Below the pieces are notes generated by a model that worked only from the letters and a program-made list of their open reading frames with translations, had not been told where the DNA came from and did not search any database. Of a DNA stretch of 64,000 nt, positions 1 through 13,757 are shown piece by piece. Location of the stretch: positions 23,986 to 87,985 of the forward strand of contig CAVTBP010000010.1 of the NCBI GenBank assembly GCA_963732985.1, given 5' to 3'. Positions within the stretch are counted from its first letter, which is position 1; every line of letters starts with the position of its first letter. Both the position numbers and the translations under genes were made by a program. This stretch comes from an uncultured Actinomycetes bacterium. GTDB lineage: Bacteria; Actinomycetota; Thermoleophilia; Gaiellales; Gaiellaceae.

Positions 1-1026
1 CGCGCGGCCCTCGGCGCGGCACTTCGAGAAACCGCGTCGGCACGAACCAGGACAGCTCGTGGTACAGGCGCTCGAGCTGCACCGCCGGACGACCGCCGAC
101 CTGGCGCTCCACGTACAGCCAGCCGAGGTCGTAGGACCGGTCGAAGAGGCTCAGGTCGGCGACCGCGGTGTTGGTGTTGAAGACCGCGATCCGCTCGTGG
201 TCGAACCCCGGCGGGAAGCGCGGCGCCTCGAGCAGCACGGGCCGGCCGTCGACGCGGGCCGGCGCGCCGCCCATGTCCCCCTCCTTGCTCGCAACCTCGA
301 TCGTCAACGCGGCACCGCCCAGCAGATGGGCTCCGATCACGACGGGATCGACTCGCGCTCCGAGGTTGTCCACGTTCGAGATCGTCACGATCTCGACGCC
401 GGCGTCCCGCAGCTCGCCCAGCGTGCCGGACGCGCCGAGCGCCTCGACGAGGTCACCGTGCCCGGGGCCGTAGGGCGACACGCGGCCGTCGGCCTCCCTG
501 AACAACGATCCGTCGGCCTCGAGGCGAAGCGAGACGAACTGGGAGAACCAGAGCGGGTCGGGCAGCTCACGCGCGGCGACGTGCGCCCTGGTCGCCTCGT
601 CCGTCTGGAAGCTCGTCATCAGGGCAACCGGGATCTCGGACGCCGAGCGCGGCCGCCAGCCGCTCCGTCTCGCCGAGCTTCCAGTCGAGGAAGCTACGAC
701 CGTCGACCGCCTCGACGGCCCCCTTGACGACGCCGCCGAAGCGGGTCGCCATGCCCCCGGCAAGCACGACGGCGGCGACCGTGCCCGCGTCGCAGCGCCT
801 CGAGCCCTGCGGTGCGCGCCTCGTCGTACCCGGGGCCTCCGGGCTCGGGCAGCGCCGCGACGTCTCCGGCTGCGGGTGGCTCGACGACACCCGCGACCGG
901 ATTCGACGCCGGTGTGAGCTCACCGCCGGCAACGCGCGACGCGAGCTCCGTGAATCGCTCCTCGTCGAAGCCGAAGCGCTCCAGAAGGGCGTGACTGCCG
1001 GGGTCGATGCCGTCGAGCAGTGTCAC
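1..1026 (-). CDS. UDPGP-family (UTP--sugar-1-phosphate uridylyltransferase-like) nucleotidyltransferase; frameshifted, 3' end runs off window
   Basis: Across frames: [20 protein letters not shown]...[17 protein letters not shown]-terminal QFERLYHEL. GTG start overlaps the mtnA stop (GTGA). Confidence 0.75.
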
Positions 1027-1975
1027 GGTCTCGGCAGGGTGTCGGCGTACGGAGCGCCGATGCACGCCTTGCTCGGTGACGATCGCGCTCGATCAGCGCC
1101 GCCGGGGTGACGTCGAAGGCCGGGTTGCGAGCGGGGAACCGGGTCGACACCTCGTCCGCGGCGCGCTCTTCGATCGGGATCGCCTCCCCGCTCGGGCTGG
1201 CCGGATCGAGGGTCGAGGTCGGGGCGACGACGACGAGCGGTATGCCGTGATGCCGCGCCAGCACGGCGAGCCCGTACGTGCCGATCTTGTTGGCCGTGTC
1301 GCCGTTGGCGGCGATCCGGTCGGCACCGGTGACGACGAGATCGACCTCGTCGCGCGCCATCAGGGACCCTGCCGCGCCGTCGACGATCACCGCGTGCGGG
1401 ATGCCGAGCTGCTCGAGCTCCCACGCCGTCAGCCGCGCGCCCTGCAGCAGCGGCCGCGTCTCGTCGACCCACACGTGCGCCGACGCGGCCCGACTCCCAC
1501 GCAGCCCGCACGGCGCCGACGGCGGTGCCGTAGCCACCCGTCGCCAGACCGCCGGCGTTGCAATGCGTGAGGACACGGGCGTCCTCGGGAAACAGCTCCA
1601 GCGGCGTGGGCGCTCATGCGCTGGCAGCGCTCGACCTCCGTCCTCGTGGATCGCGCGCGCGCGCTCGGCGGTCGGGTCCGGGCGCATCTCGTCGAGCGCC
1701 CAGCGCAGGTTGATCGCCGTCGGCCGAGAGCCGGCGAGCTCCTCGTACGCCGCGTCGACGTCCTCGCCGCGCGCCGCCGCGAGGGCCAGCCCGTACGCCG
1801 CGGCGACACCGATCGCCGGAGCCCCGCGCACCGCCAGCGTCCGGATCGCCTCGGCCACCTCGGCCGCCGAGCCGCAGCGCAGCTCCACCTCCTCGCCGGG
1901 AAGACGCCGCTGGTCGAGGACGACGACCGCGTCGTCCTCGAGACGGACGATGCGATATGGCTCGAGCTCGCCCAC
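1023..1975 (-). CDS. mtnA: S-methyl-5-thioribose-1-phosphate isomerase (frameshifted)
   Basis: [67 protein letters not shown]. Confidence 0.93.
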
Positions 1976-2025
1976 TGCGCTCCAGGACGGCGGTCACCGC
2001 TCGGGTGACCCGGCACGTCTACGTC

Positions 2026-3339
<1,314 letters not shown>

Positions 3340-3345
3340 TCACCG

Positions 3346-3375
3346 GATGCCTGGCAGCGCCCGCGATGCCTGGCA
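3346..3375. repeat. two copies of near-palindromic GATGCCTGGCA, 19-bp period
   Basis: 3346-3356 and 3365-3375; core TGCC-T-GGCA is self-complementary. Confidence 0.8.
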
Positions 3376-3391
3376 CTGCGTGGCGGCCGAC

Positions 3392-6300
3392 TCACGCGGC
3401 GTTCTCGACGGCCAGCAGGGCAGGCACGTCGGAGGCCGGTACCGGCCGCGAGAAGAGGTAGCCCTGCCCCACGAGGCAGCCGAGCTCCTGCAGGCGCTGA
3501 CGCTGCGCGGGCTCCTCGATGCCCTCTGCCACCGTCGTCATCTCGAGCGAGTGCGCGAGCGCGACGATCGCCTCCACGAGGCGTGCACGGCGCGGGTCGC
3601 GCACCACCTCGTCGACGAACTCGCGCGCCACCTTCAGCTCGTCGGCCGGGAACCGCTGCAGGTAGCCGAGCGACGAGAAGCCGGTGCCGAAGTCGTCGAT
3701 GGCGATCCGGATCCCCATCGCGCGCAGCTCCGCCAGCCTGGCGCTGACCCCCTCCACGTCCTCGAGCAGCGTGCCCTCGGTGATCTCGAGCACGAGCTGC
3801 GTCGCCTCCAGGCCGGTGTCGACGAGCACCTGGGCCACCTCCTCGCGAAAGCGCGGCTGCAGGATCTGACGCGCCGACAGGTTGACGTTGATCGCGAGAT
3901 GGACGTTCCCGGGCACCGACATCTGCCAGACACGGGTCTGCCTGCAGGCGCGCTCGAGCACCCAGTGGCCGATGTGGTTGATGAGACCGGTCTCCTCGGC
4001 GAGCGGGATGAACTCGACGGGCGGCACGAAGCCGCGCAGCGGATGCTTCCAGCGCAGGAGCGCCTCGAAGGACAGCGTCCGCCCGGTGACCAGGTCGACC
4101 AGCGGCTGGTAGTGGAGGTCGAGCTCGTTCGAGGCGAAGGCGCGCTCCAGGTCGGCCTTCAGCTCGAGCCGCGTGATGGCCGCCTCGTGCATCTCCGGCT
4201 CGAAGATCTCGAACCGGTTCCCACCGGCGTTCTTGGCCCGGTACATGGCCATGTCGGCGTTCCGCAGCAGCTCGCCGGCGGACTGGCCCGGCGTGCCGAA
4301 CACGATCCCGACGCTCGCGCGGCCGAGCACCTCTGTGCTGCCCAGCTTCATCGGCCGCGCCACCGCCTCGAGCAGGCGGTCGGCGGCGGTCGTCGCGCCG
4401 GCGATCCCGTGCGTGCCCTCGAGCAGCAGCGCGAACTCGTCGCCGCCGAGGCGCGCCGCCGTATCGGCCGCGCGCAGGCTCTCCTGCAGGCGCAGTGCGA
4501 TCTCGACGAGGAGCTCGTCGCCGGCTGCGTGGCCGAGGCTGTCGTTGATCGTCTTGAAGTCGTCGAGGTCGAGGAACAGCAGGGCGACGTCGTCTCCGCT
4601 ACGCCGCGCACGCTCGAGCGCGTGCTCGATGCGGTTCAGCAGCAGCGCACGGTTCGGCAGGCCGGTGAGCGCATCGTGGAACGCCTGGTGCGTGAGCTGG
4701 TCCTCGAGCACGCGACGCTCGGTCACGTCGTGGGCGGTGAGCACGATGCCGTGCACCGCCTCGTCGTGCAGGAGGTTGCCGAAGACGCACTCCGCCGCGC
4801 GAAAGCCGCCATCGGCATGCCGCAGCCGAAGCTCGCGCTGCACCTCGGGCTCGGTCGAGACCGCGTCACGCAGCTCGGCGACGAGCTCGGTCTGCTCCGG
4901 GTCGAGCAGAGCGTCGAGATTCCCCGCCACGCAGCTCGGCGGGGTCGTGCGCCAGCATCGCCTCGACCGAGGGCGTCACGTACCGAATCGTGAAGTCCTC
5001 CTCGAGGATGGCGATCAGGTCTCTGGAGTTCTGCACGAGGCTGCGGAAGCGATCCTCGCTGCGCGCCTCACGGCGGGCGGCGCTGTCGAGCGCGAGCGCG
5101 ACCTGCGAGGCGAGCGTGTCGAGCCCCTGGTGCAGATGCCACGGCAGCGCGCGCAGCCCCGTGACGCGAATCACGCCCTGGAGGTTCTCCTCGAGCACGA
5201 TCGGGACGACGAACGTCTTCGCCGTTCCGAGCCGGCCGAGCGAGCCGCGTCTTGCGAATCTCGCCGCGAATCGTGCCGACCACGTCGCCGCCGCCGATCA
5301 CGACCGCGTTCTCGACCGTCGAGCGTCGGCCGCGAGCCGAGCTCGACGTGGACGTACGCCTGTCGCTTGCCGCCGGCGAGCTGCTGCGCGGTCTGCGCCG
5401 TGACGGAGCCGATGTCGTCGCGTGAGCGTGCGGACACGAGCGCGGCCGCCCCGGCCTGCAGGACGTCCTCGCGGGCGCGGGAGCGGTCGAAGGCGAGCGA
5501 CGACGTTCGCGAGCCGCGCGCTGACGGCGGCCAGCAAGCGCGAGGGCCGCGATCACGATCACGCCCGACACCCCTTCGGGGCCCCGCACCGCTTCGACGA
5601 CGACCATCGCGGTGGTCGTCGTCACGGCGCACCCGAGCACCACGACACGGCCGTCGGATCGGCCACGACTCCGGCTGCTCCACGAGCTGCGTCAGCCGCC
5701 GCATGGACGGATCGAGCGCAGCCGCTGCCCAGAGCACGGGCACGGCAGACCAGGGCGACGTCGAGCACGCTGCCGCTCTGGTACCAGCCCTCGAGCAGCC
5801 CGTAGCACGTAGAGGCCGTCGCCGACCAGGAGCACTGTCGTCGCGAGCGCGATGAGGGCGTTCGCGGCCACGCCGAGGCCCGTGGTGAGCACGAGCCGGA
5901 CGACGAGGCCGAAGAGGATGATGCCCGCCACCGGGTAGGCGGCGGAGACCGCCTTCTCCCAGGTGGAGAGCGTCGGGTCGCCGGTGACCGAGCTGAGCAC
6001 GAGCGCCCAGACGACCGACGCCACGCCGATCGTGACCACGGCGGCGTCGAGGATCGCACCCCAGTCGTGTGCCGGCGTGCGGCGCCGGACGAAGATCAGG
6101 AGGCAGGCGCCGAAGAGCGCGTAGGCGAGCAGGTGCAGCACGTCCGCCGGTCCCGGGTACGGCCACGTCGACACCTCGCAGGGACTCCACGAGGTCGACG
6201 GCCTGCGCGGCGGCGAGCAGCGCGGCTCCGCCGGCGGCGAGGAGCCACGGCCGCCGCTCGGGCGACCGGTTCAGCGCGTACCCCGACCAGCACCGCAAGC

Positions 6301-6420
6301 GCGGACAGCGCCGACAGCCCCGTCAGCCATGCCTCGTACGCCACGCCGTACGGGCGCAGGAGCGGTGAGACCGCGAGCAGCACGCAAGCGGCGGCGAGAA
6401 CCGCAGTGGATCCTCCGCAT
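3392..6420 (-). CDS. membrane-anchored PAS-GGDEF-EAL diguanylate cyclase/phosphodiesterase (frameshifted)
   Basis: Multi-TM N-terminus; PAS (RFRSLVQNSRDLI); DALTGLPNR, DLDDFKTINDSLGHAAGD, RAADTAARLGGDEF (RxxD I-site present); HYQP..FEALLRW, DDFGTGFSS, VAEGIE. Confidence 0.92.
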
Positions 6421-6427
6421 CAGATCC

Positions 6428-6455
6428 GTATCGGCGTAGAGCGGCCTACGTATTA
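6428..6455 (-). promoter_or_regulatory. putative sigma-28/WhiG-type promoter TAAT-N16-GCCGATAC
   Basis: Close to the TAAA-N15/16-GCCGATAA consensus; ends 7 nt before the ATG of the GGDEF-EAL gene. Confidence 0.55.
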
Positions 6456-6895
6456 GCCCGGTCGGGCGCACCGCGACCTTCCGGGCCGGATCGGTGCTCG
6501 AGGTCAGTCGCGGAGCGGTCCGCGGCGGGCACGTCGGCGCGTCCGTAGCGATCCTCGAGGCGCACGACGTCGTCGAGGTGCGGAGTCGACACCTCGAGCA
6601 CCAGCGTGTCTTCGACGGCGGTGACCCGGTGCACGGTCCCGGGGCGGAAGCGAAAGGCGTCGCCGGGGCCGATCTCGACGGTCTCCAGCGCTCCGCCGAC
6701 CTCCCCGAGCTCGAGCGTCGCACGCCCCTCGTGCACGAGCCACGACTCGTCCTTCTGCTCGTGGTACTGCAGGCTGAGCGACTGCCCGGCGCGGACGAAG
6801 AGGAGCTTGCCGACGTACTGCTCCGCCTCGGCCCAGATGAGCTCCCAGCCCCAGGGCTTGTCGATCCGGCGTGGCTCGTGTCGGTAGCGGGTCAT
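6446..6895 (-). CDS. cupin-domain protein, mannose-6-phosphate isomerase type II C-terminal-like (true stop may be near 6504)
   Basis: DKPWGWE...GQSLSLQYHEQKDESW...PGTVHR...EVSTP..DDVVRLEDRYGR. Confidence 0.82.
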   Translation of the reverse strand: MTRYRHEPRRIDKPWGWELIWAEAEQYVGKLLFVRAGQSLSLQYHEQKDESWLVHEGRATLELGEVGGALETVEIGPGDAFRFRPGTVHRVTAVEDTLVLEVSTPHLDDVVRLEDRYGRADVPAADRSATDLEHRSGPEGRGAPDRANT

Positions 6896-8010
6896 GAGAA
6901 GCGCAGCGCCTCCTCCGGGATCGTGGCACCGGCGCCGACGCACAGACCGTGGTCGAGATGGTTGTCGGAGCCGAGGGTGGCGCCGGGGCCGACGACCGCC
7001 ATGCCGGCCACCGTGCAGCCGGCTGCCCAGCCGGACGTCTGCACCGACGATCGATCCGATCACGGTCGACGCCTCCCCGATCGTCGCGCCGGCTGCGATG
7101 ACCGCGTTCTCGACCACCGTGCCGGCGCCGAGCCGAGCGCCCGCGCCGACGACGGCGAGGCTGCCGGCCCGCACGCCCGCCTCGAGCACGGCGCCCGGCC
7201 CGACGTACACCGGCGGGACGAGCCGTGCGTCAGCGTGGACGTCCGCGGTGGCGTCGACCAGCGTGTAGCCGCTGCCGAGCGCCTCGCCGATCGTCGGTGC
7301 GGAACGACCGCTCGAGGACGTCCCGGTGCGCCTGCAGATAGGACGCCGGCGTGCCGACGTCGAGCCAGTAGCCCGGCTGGGCGAGACCGAACACCGAGCC
7401 CTCCTCGCACAGGCGCGGGAAGACGTCCCGCTCGATCGAGACCGGCCGGCCTTCGGGGATCAGCTCGAGCACCTCGGGCTCGAGCACGTAGAGCCCCGCG
7501 TTGATCAGGTTCGTGTCGATCTCCTCCGGTCGCGGCTTCTCGAGGAACTGGCGGACGCGCCCGTCCGGGGCGAGCCGGACGAGCCCGTACCGGCTCGGGT
7601 CGGCGACCGGTGTGAGCATGATCGTCGCCTTGCCGCCGCTCGCGCGGTGGAACTCGACGAGCGCGTCGAGGTCGGCCTCGCGCAGCGAGTCCCCGTTCAG
7701 CGCCAGGAAGGTGCCGTCCAGACCGCGCGCCGCGAAGCCGATGCCGCCGCCGGTGCCGAGCGGCTCGGCCTCGACGCGGTACTCGAGCGCGAGGTCGCCG
7801 TACGCAGCCCCGAAGTGCTGCTCGATCTGGGTCGGCAGGTAGCCGCACGAGATCGACCGCGCGGCGCACGCCGTGACGGCGCAGGTGCTCGAAGGTGTAG
7901 GCGAGCAGCGGGCGGTCGACCAGCGGCAGCATGTCCTTGCGGATGGTCTCGGTGAGCGGTCGCAGTCGCGTCCCCTGCCCTCCGACGAGGATGACCGCCG
8001 GAAGGCTCAT
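6892..8010 (-). CDS. NDP-sugar synthase (mannose-1-phosphate guanylyltransferase-like) with C-terminal hexapeptide repeats (frameshifted)
   Basis: VILVGGQGTRLRPLT, EPLGTGG, FLEKP, INAGLY, YWLDVGTP; LbH-like tail. Confidence 0.88.
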
Positions 8011-9300
8011 GCGGCGCCGCGCCCGATGCCCTCGTACGCGAAGCCCGGCGGCGCGCATCACCGCCGGGTCGAGCATGTTGCGGCCGTCGATCGAACACGC
8101 GCCGCCGCATGGTCGCGCCGAGCGCGGCCCAGTCCTCGTCGGCGAGCTCGCGGCCACTCCGTGACGAGCACCGCGGCGTCGGCGCCGGCGACTGCCTCGG
8201 CGACCGTCGGCACCTGCGTGATGCCGTCGACTCCCGTCGGGCGTCGCGACGGGGTCCCAGGCACGCACGTCGGCGCCTTCGGCGAGCAGCCGTCCGGCCA
8301 GCACGAGGCTCGGCGCCTCGCGCACGTCGTCGGTGTGCGGCTTGAAGGCGAGACCGAGGAGCGCGATCGTCGCGCCTCGCAGCTCGCCGAGCTGCTCCTG
8401 GAGCTTTCCGATCAGCCGGCGCTTCTGCAGCTCGTTGACCTCGATCACGGCGGTCAGCAGCTGGAAGTGATAGCCGGAGTTGGCGGCCAGCTGCTTGAGC
8501 GCGAGCGAGTCCTTCGGAAAGCACGAGCCGCCGTAGCCGATTCCGGCCCTGAGGAAGCTCGGGCCGATACGGCGGTCGAGGCCGACGCCCTCGGCCACGC
8601 GCACGACGTCGGCGCCCGTCGCCTCGCAGACGTTGGCGATCTCGTTGATGAACGAGATCCGCGTCATCAGGGCTGCGTTCGCCGCGAGCTTGATCATCTC
8701 CGCCGATGCGACGTCGCAGCGGACGACGGGCGCCTCGATCCCGTCGTGCAGCGCGGCGACACGATCGCCGTCGGCGTCGTCGATGGCGCCGATCACGATC
8801 CGGTCGGGATGCAGGAAGTCCCGCACCGCAGTGCCCTCCGCGGTGAACTCCGGGTTGGAGACGTAGCCGACGTGCTCGAGACCACGCTCGTCGAGCCGGT
8901 GCCTCACCTTCTCCCCCGTCCCCACCGGCACCGTGCTCTTCATCACGACGACGATGCGGCGGTCGACCTGCGGCAGCTCGTCGATCACCGTCCAGACCGC
9001 CGTCAGGTCGGCATCGCCGGAGTAGGTCGGCGGCGTGCCGACGGCCACGAAGACGATGTCCGCGCCGTCGATGGCCTCGGCGACGTCCGTCGTGAACGAG
9101 AGGCGCTCACGGTTGCGGGCGATGATCTCCTGCAAGCCCGGCTCGTAGATCGGCACTTCGCCGCGACGGAGTGCGTCGACGCGGGCGACCAGGACGTCGC
9201 GAAGCACCACCTGGTGGCCGAGCTCCGCGAGGCACGCGCCGGTGACGAGACCGACGTATCCGGCGCCGAAGACAACGATGCGCTCTCCCGACCGGCTCAT
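8007..9300 (-). CDS. ugd: UDP-glucose/GDP-mannose dehydrogenase (frameshifted at 3' end)
   Basis: GAGYVG, PIYEPGL, KSTVPVGT, SNPEF, GIGYGGSCFPKD, GLAFKPHTDDVRE, DGRN. Confidence 0.93.
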
Positions 9301-9342
9301 CGGGAGCGCAGGATACGCGAGCGTCGCGCCCGCCCGCTGCTA

Positions 9343-10571
9343 CTACGCGGCGCGGCGGAGATCGAACAGACGGTTCAGCTCCCGCAGCACGCGGCGCGCG
9401 ATCATGTCGCCACCCGCCCGCTCGAAGTGCACGCCGTCGGACGCGCGCACCTTGACGAGGCTGCCGGACGACCGCTCGAGGTACTCGGCGTAGCCGCCAC
9501 GCGGCCCGGCGAACGTCCTGTACGTGTCGACGTACGACACCTTCCCCGGCCGCTCGCTCGGCTTCTGCGATCACCGCGGCGTTGATCACCCGGAAGCGGG
9601 CGCTCTGCCTCGCGTTGCGCGTCTGCGGGAGCCCGATCCAGACGACGTGTGCTCCCGCACGGCTGACGCCGTCGAACAGGACGCCGAGGCGGCGGCGGTA
9701 CTCCCGGCGCCAGACGGCGTCGCCGAACCTCTCGGCCCGGACGCCGTCGGGCGTACCCGTCATGTACGCCTTGTCGTCGTTGGCGCCGAAGGCGAGCACG
9801 ACGACGTGCGGCTCGAGCCGCCGCACCTCGGTGCTGATGTGCTTGAACCAGTTGAACACGTCGGGTCTCGCGAGCCCGGTGGCGACGCGGCCGTCGACGG
9901 TGCCCACGCTCGCGATCGCGGGGTTGGCGCCGGCGGCGCGCAGGATCGCGTAGCCCGGGGTGATCACGAGGGAGTCGCCCGCGATCCAGAGGCGGAGCTT
10001 CTTGGCCGCGGTGAACACCGGCTTGACGGGCTTTGCGGCTTGGCGGGCTTGGCGGGCGCCGGCGTCGCCGGGGCAGGTGCCGGCGTGCCGCTCCCCTCGT
10101 CGACGCCACCCGCCGGGGATGCGGGCACGGCGATCTCGATCTCGGTGTCGATCCCGTCGTCGTCCGAGCGTCCCAGCGCGTCCTTGACGGCGGCGCGTGG
10201 ACGGTCGAGCCGCAGCGCACGGCTGACGTCGGCGAGCGGCCCCGTGACCGCGAGCGCGACGTCGCGCGCCCACCCGTCCGGCTGGTTGTACGCGGTCTTG
10301 TGGATGCCCGGCGCGTTGAGGAGCAGCGACAGGCCGAGCGCGACGACGATCACCGCCAGCGCGCGCCACGCACTGCGCGAGCCGGCGCGCCGGCTCGACC
10401 GGTGTCGGTCGGTGCGCCCCGTTCTGCGCCTCCGGGCCGCCGGCGGCCGAGGCGTTGCCCCGGCAGCGGGCGGCACGGCGCAGGGGGCGGCTTGGTGGGC
10501 GACGTCGTCTCGGGCACGTTCTCGAGAGCCTCCCGCGTCCGCACCACGGCGGTCGACCCAGGGTAGCCCAT
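9343..10571 (-). CDS. SGNH/GDSL-family (DUF459-like) membrane-anchored O-acetyltransferase/esterase (frameshifted)
   Basis: N-terminal TM, Pro/Ala linker; blocks GDS, TGLARPD, GAND, DGVH. Confidence 0.8.
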
Positions 10572-10581
10572 GGACGGCCGC

Positions 10582-12002
10582 TCAGAACTGGAAGTAGATG
10601 AACGGAGCCACGCCCTCCGGCCCCATCGCATGGGTCAGCATGAGCGCGAACGCGAGCACGAGCCGCCTGCCCGAGCACCGGCAGGCGGCCGAACCGGGCC
10701 ATGATCAGCTGTGGCACGCGCGCGGGAAGGTACTGCGACCCGATCCCGACGGCGATCGCGAGCAGGACGCCGCCGGTGACCAGCGGGGACGCCTCCCCCC
10801 AGCCCGTGAAGAGGCCGGTGATCATCTCCCAGGCGAGCTCGAACGAGTCGGAGCGGAAGAAGATCCAGGCCAGGCAGACGAGGTTGAACGTCGCGATGCG
10901 CGCCAGCCAGGTGCGCAGCGGCAGTGCGCGGGCGCGGCACGTAGCCGGGTCGCTCCTTCCACCAGCGCTCCGCGGCCAGGCCGACGCCGTGGATCGCCCC
11001 CCACGCGACGAACGTCCACGCGGCGCCGTGCCAGAGCCCGCCGAGCAGCATCGTCAGCATCAGGTTGCGGTAGGTGAGGATCCGGCTGCCTCGGTTGCCG
11101 CCGAGCGGGATGTAGACGTAGTCGCGCAGCCAGCGCGACAGCGTCATGTGCCAGCGGCGCCAGAAGTCCTGCAGCGACGTCGCCGCGTACGGCGAGTCGA
11201 AGTTCTGCGGGAACGAGAAGCCGAGCAGCAGCGCGATACCGATCGCGATGTCGGTGTACCCGGAGAAGTCGGCGTAGATCTGCACCGCGTACGCGTAGAC
11301 GGCGATCAGGATCTCGAGCGACGAGTGGTTCCCCGGCGCGGCGAACACGTCGTCGACGATCGACGAGGCGAGGTAGTTCGCGATCACCACCTTCTTGAAG
11401 AGGCCCGTGGCGATCAGGTAGAAGGCGCGGCTCGTGTCGACGCGCCGCGGGTCGCGCGGCGTGTCGAGCTGCGGGATCAGCTCGCCGGGCCGCACGATCG
11501 GCCCGGCCACGAGGTGCGGGAAGAACGACAGGTAGACGGCGAACTTCTCGAGCGTCGTCGGCACGAAGTCGCCGCGGTACGTGTCGACCACGTAGCTGAT
11601 CGCCATGAAGTGTAGAAGGAGATCCCGACCGGCAGGACGATCGTCTTGACGGAGAACGGCAGGTCGAAGCCGACGATCGTGGCCGCGTTCTGCGTCGACG
11701 AGACGAAGAAGTCGTAGTACTTGAAGTACCCGAGCAGGAGCAGGTTCCCGGCCGAGCGCGACGATCAGCAGCCACTTCCGCTGCGAGGCGACGCTCGAGC
11801 GGTGGATGCGCACGGCGAGGAACTGGTTCCAGAGCGTGCAGCCTGCGAGCAGGAAGACGAAGCGCCAGTCCCACCAGGCGTAGAAGACGTAGCTGGCGAC
11901 GATCATGAACGGCCGCCAGCGGTGCACGTGCGGCATCAGCAGCCACGAGAGCGGCAGCACCAGCAGGAAGAAGATGGCGAACGTCGCGGTCGGGAACAGC
12001 AC
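10582..12002 (-). CDS. MBOAT family O-acyltransferase (AlgI/PatA/DltB-like; frameshifted)
   Basis: MLFPT..F, SFFPHLVAGPIVR, QIYADFSGYTDIAIG, DFWRRWHMTLSRWLRDYVYIPLGG, GLWHGA, C-terminal FIYFQF. Confidence 0.95.
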
Positions 12003-12094
12003 GGCCCGTCAGCCTATTGGCGTCCGTCGTGGCGGCTCCGTCTGCTGTCTACGTGCAACATCGGACCGGCCGATTCCCGCTCTCGGAGGTCAAC

Positions 12095-12440
12095 GTGCTC
12101 TGGATCATCTACATCGCGATCGTCGTCCTGATCATCGCGGCCTGGTGGCAGATCTTCACCAAGGCGGGTGAGGAGGGATGGAAAGCGATCATCCCGATCT
12201 ACAACATCATCGTCCTGCTCAAGATCGTCGGGCGGGAATGGTGGTGGGTGCTGCTGATGCTGATCCCCTTCGTCGGTTTGATCGTGTGGATCATCGTCTC
12301 GCTCGACCTCGCGAAGAGCTTCGGTCGCGGCGTCGGCTTTGCGATCGGGCTCATCCTCCTCGCACCGATCTTCGGCCTCATCCTCGGCTTCGGCAGCGAC
12401 ACGTACCGCGGGCCGGCGGCGAAGGCCGTGCACCGCGTAG
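12095..12440 (+). CDS. DUF5684-like small membrane protein (stop uncertain)
   Basis: GGAGGT RBS then GTG; WQIFTKAGEEGWKAIIPIYN...LAKSFGRGVGFAIGL. Confidence 0.8.
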
Positions 12441-12455
12441 GCGACGACTGCGCGA

Positions 12456-12492
12456 CAGGTGACTGTCACCGCGCCGCGGTGACAGTCACCTG
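12456..12492. terminator. perfect 17-bp inverted repeat between convergent genes; each arm contains the palindrome GGTGACWGTCACC
   Basis: CAGGTGACTGTCACCGC-gcc-GCGGTGACAGTCACCTG; overlaps the capA-like stop codon. Confidence 0.7.
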
Positions 12493-13666
12493 CGCAGCCC
12501 GGTGCAGGCGCGCAGGCCGTTCCACCGCCGCAGGGCGGCACGCCGGTCCGATCCGGCGAGCGGGCGCGGAATCCCGGACGAGATGCGCGCGGGGACCCAG
12601 CGGTAGCCGTCGATCCTGCGCCCGGTGACGGTCACCTCGAGCACGCCGGTCTGCGACGTGATCTCACGGAAGGCGTAGAAGACGAAGTTGCCGAGCCCGT
12701 AGGCGACGAGCGCCTTGCGCATGCGGCCCGCGCCGAGCAGGACGTGCGCATGCGAGCCGACGACCACGTCGGCGCCTGCGGCGACCAGCCGCGCCGCCAG
12801 CCGCTTCTGATCGGTGGTCGGGCAGCTCGCGAGCTCGAGCCCCCAGTGGAGAAAGACGACGACGGTGTCGCTCGTCCTGCGCGCCTCGCGCACCGCACGG
12901 GCGAGCCGCTCCTCGCGCTTGGCCGAGGCGAGACCGGGCTTGTGCTGGCCGCGCGGTCCATGCCTCGATCAGGTTGTCGTCGAGCACCTGCGTGGCACCG
13001 ATGATCGCGACCCGCTGGCCGTTGACCGTGCGCCGGAACGGCGCGTACGCCCGCTTCTCGTTCGGCGCCGCCGCCGACCACCGGCATGCCCGCGCTGCGC
13101 GCGGCGGCCAGCGTGTCGCGCAGCCCGGCCTGCCCGAAGTCCATGCCGTGGTTGTTGGCCACGTTGACGACGTCCACCCCACCGGCTCGCAGCGCTGCGA
13201 TGCCGGTCTCCGGCGCCACGGAAGGTGAATGCCTTCGACGCGCGCGTGCCGCGATCGGTGATCGCAGTCTCGAGGTTGACCATGGCGATGTCGGAGCGCC
13301 TCAGCACGGGCGCCATCGGCGCGAGCACCCGCGCGGGCGACGCGTCCAGACGCTCGCGGATCGGGCTCTCGAAGTGCACGTCGCCGCCGAAGGCAAGGGT
13401 CACCGGCCGGCCGCTTCCGAGCCGTCCCGGAGACGCCGCCGTCGACTGGACGATCCGACGCTGGCCGCTGCTCGGTGGCGGCGGCGTCCGTCGGCTCGCG
13501 CGGCGCAGCGGCAGTCTCGTCGGGTGCGCTGTCGATCAGCGCCGTCACGCCCACGACGCAGGCGCACAGAAGCGTGACTGCCCACGATGCGCCGGCGCCG
13601 CACCTGACGGCGCCTGAGCGCACGGCGTCGCGCGATCTGCTCCTGTGGCGCAGTCTCTCCGCTCAC
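12486..13666 (-). CDS. CapA/PGA_cap family metallophosphoesterase, membrane-anchored (frameshifted)
   Basis: GGDVH, VNLET, VANNHGMDFG, LHWGLE, GSHAHV, YGLGNF. Confidence 0.88.
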
Positions 13667-13757
13667 TGCGACACAGTACGCCGCGGACGTCCCAAATCCG
13701 GCAGAGGTCACGGCTCGGCAGACGACGACGGGCCGGGCGAACGCGGGTGGGAGCGCC

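Noticed and set aside
7060-9300. Ugd-nucleotidyltransferase fusion (746-aa ORF)
   Set aside because: Created by indels; the two genes have a normal ATGA overlap at 8007-8010.
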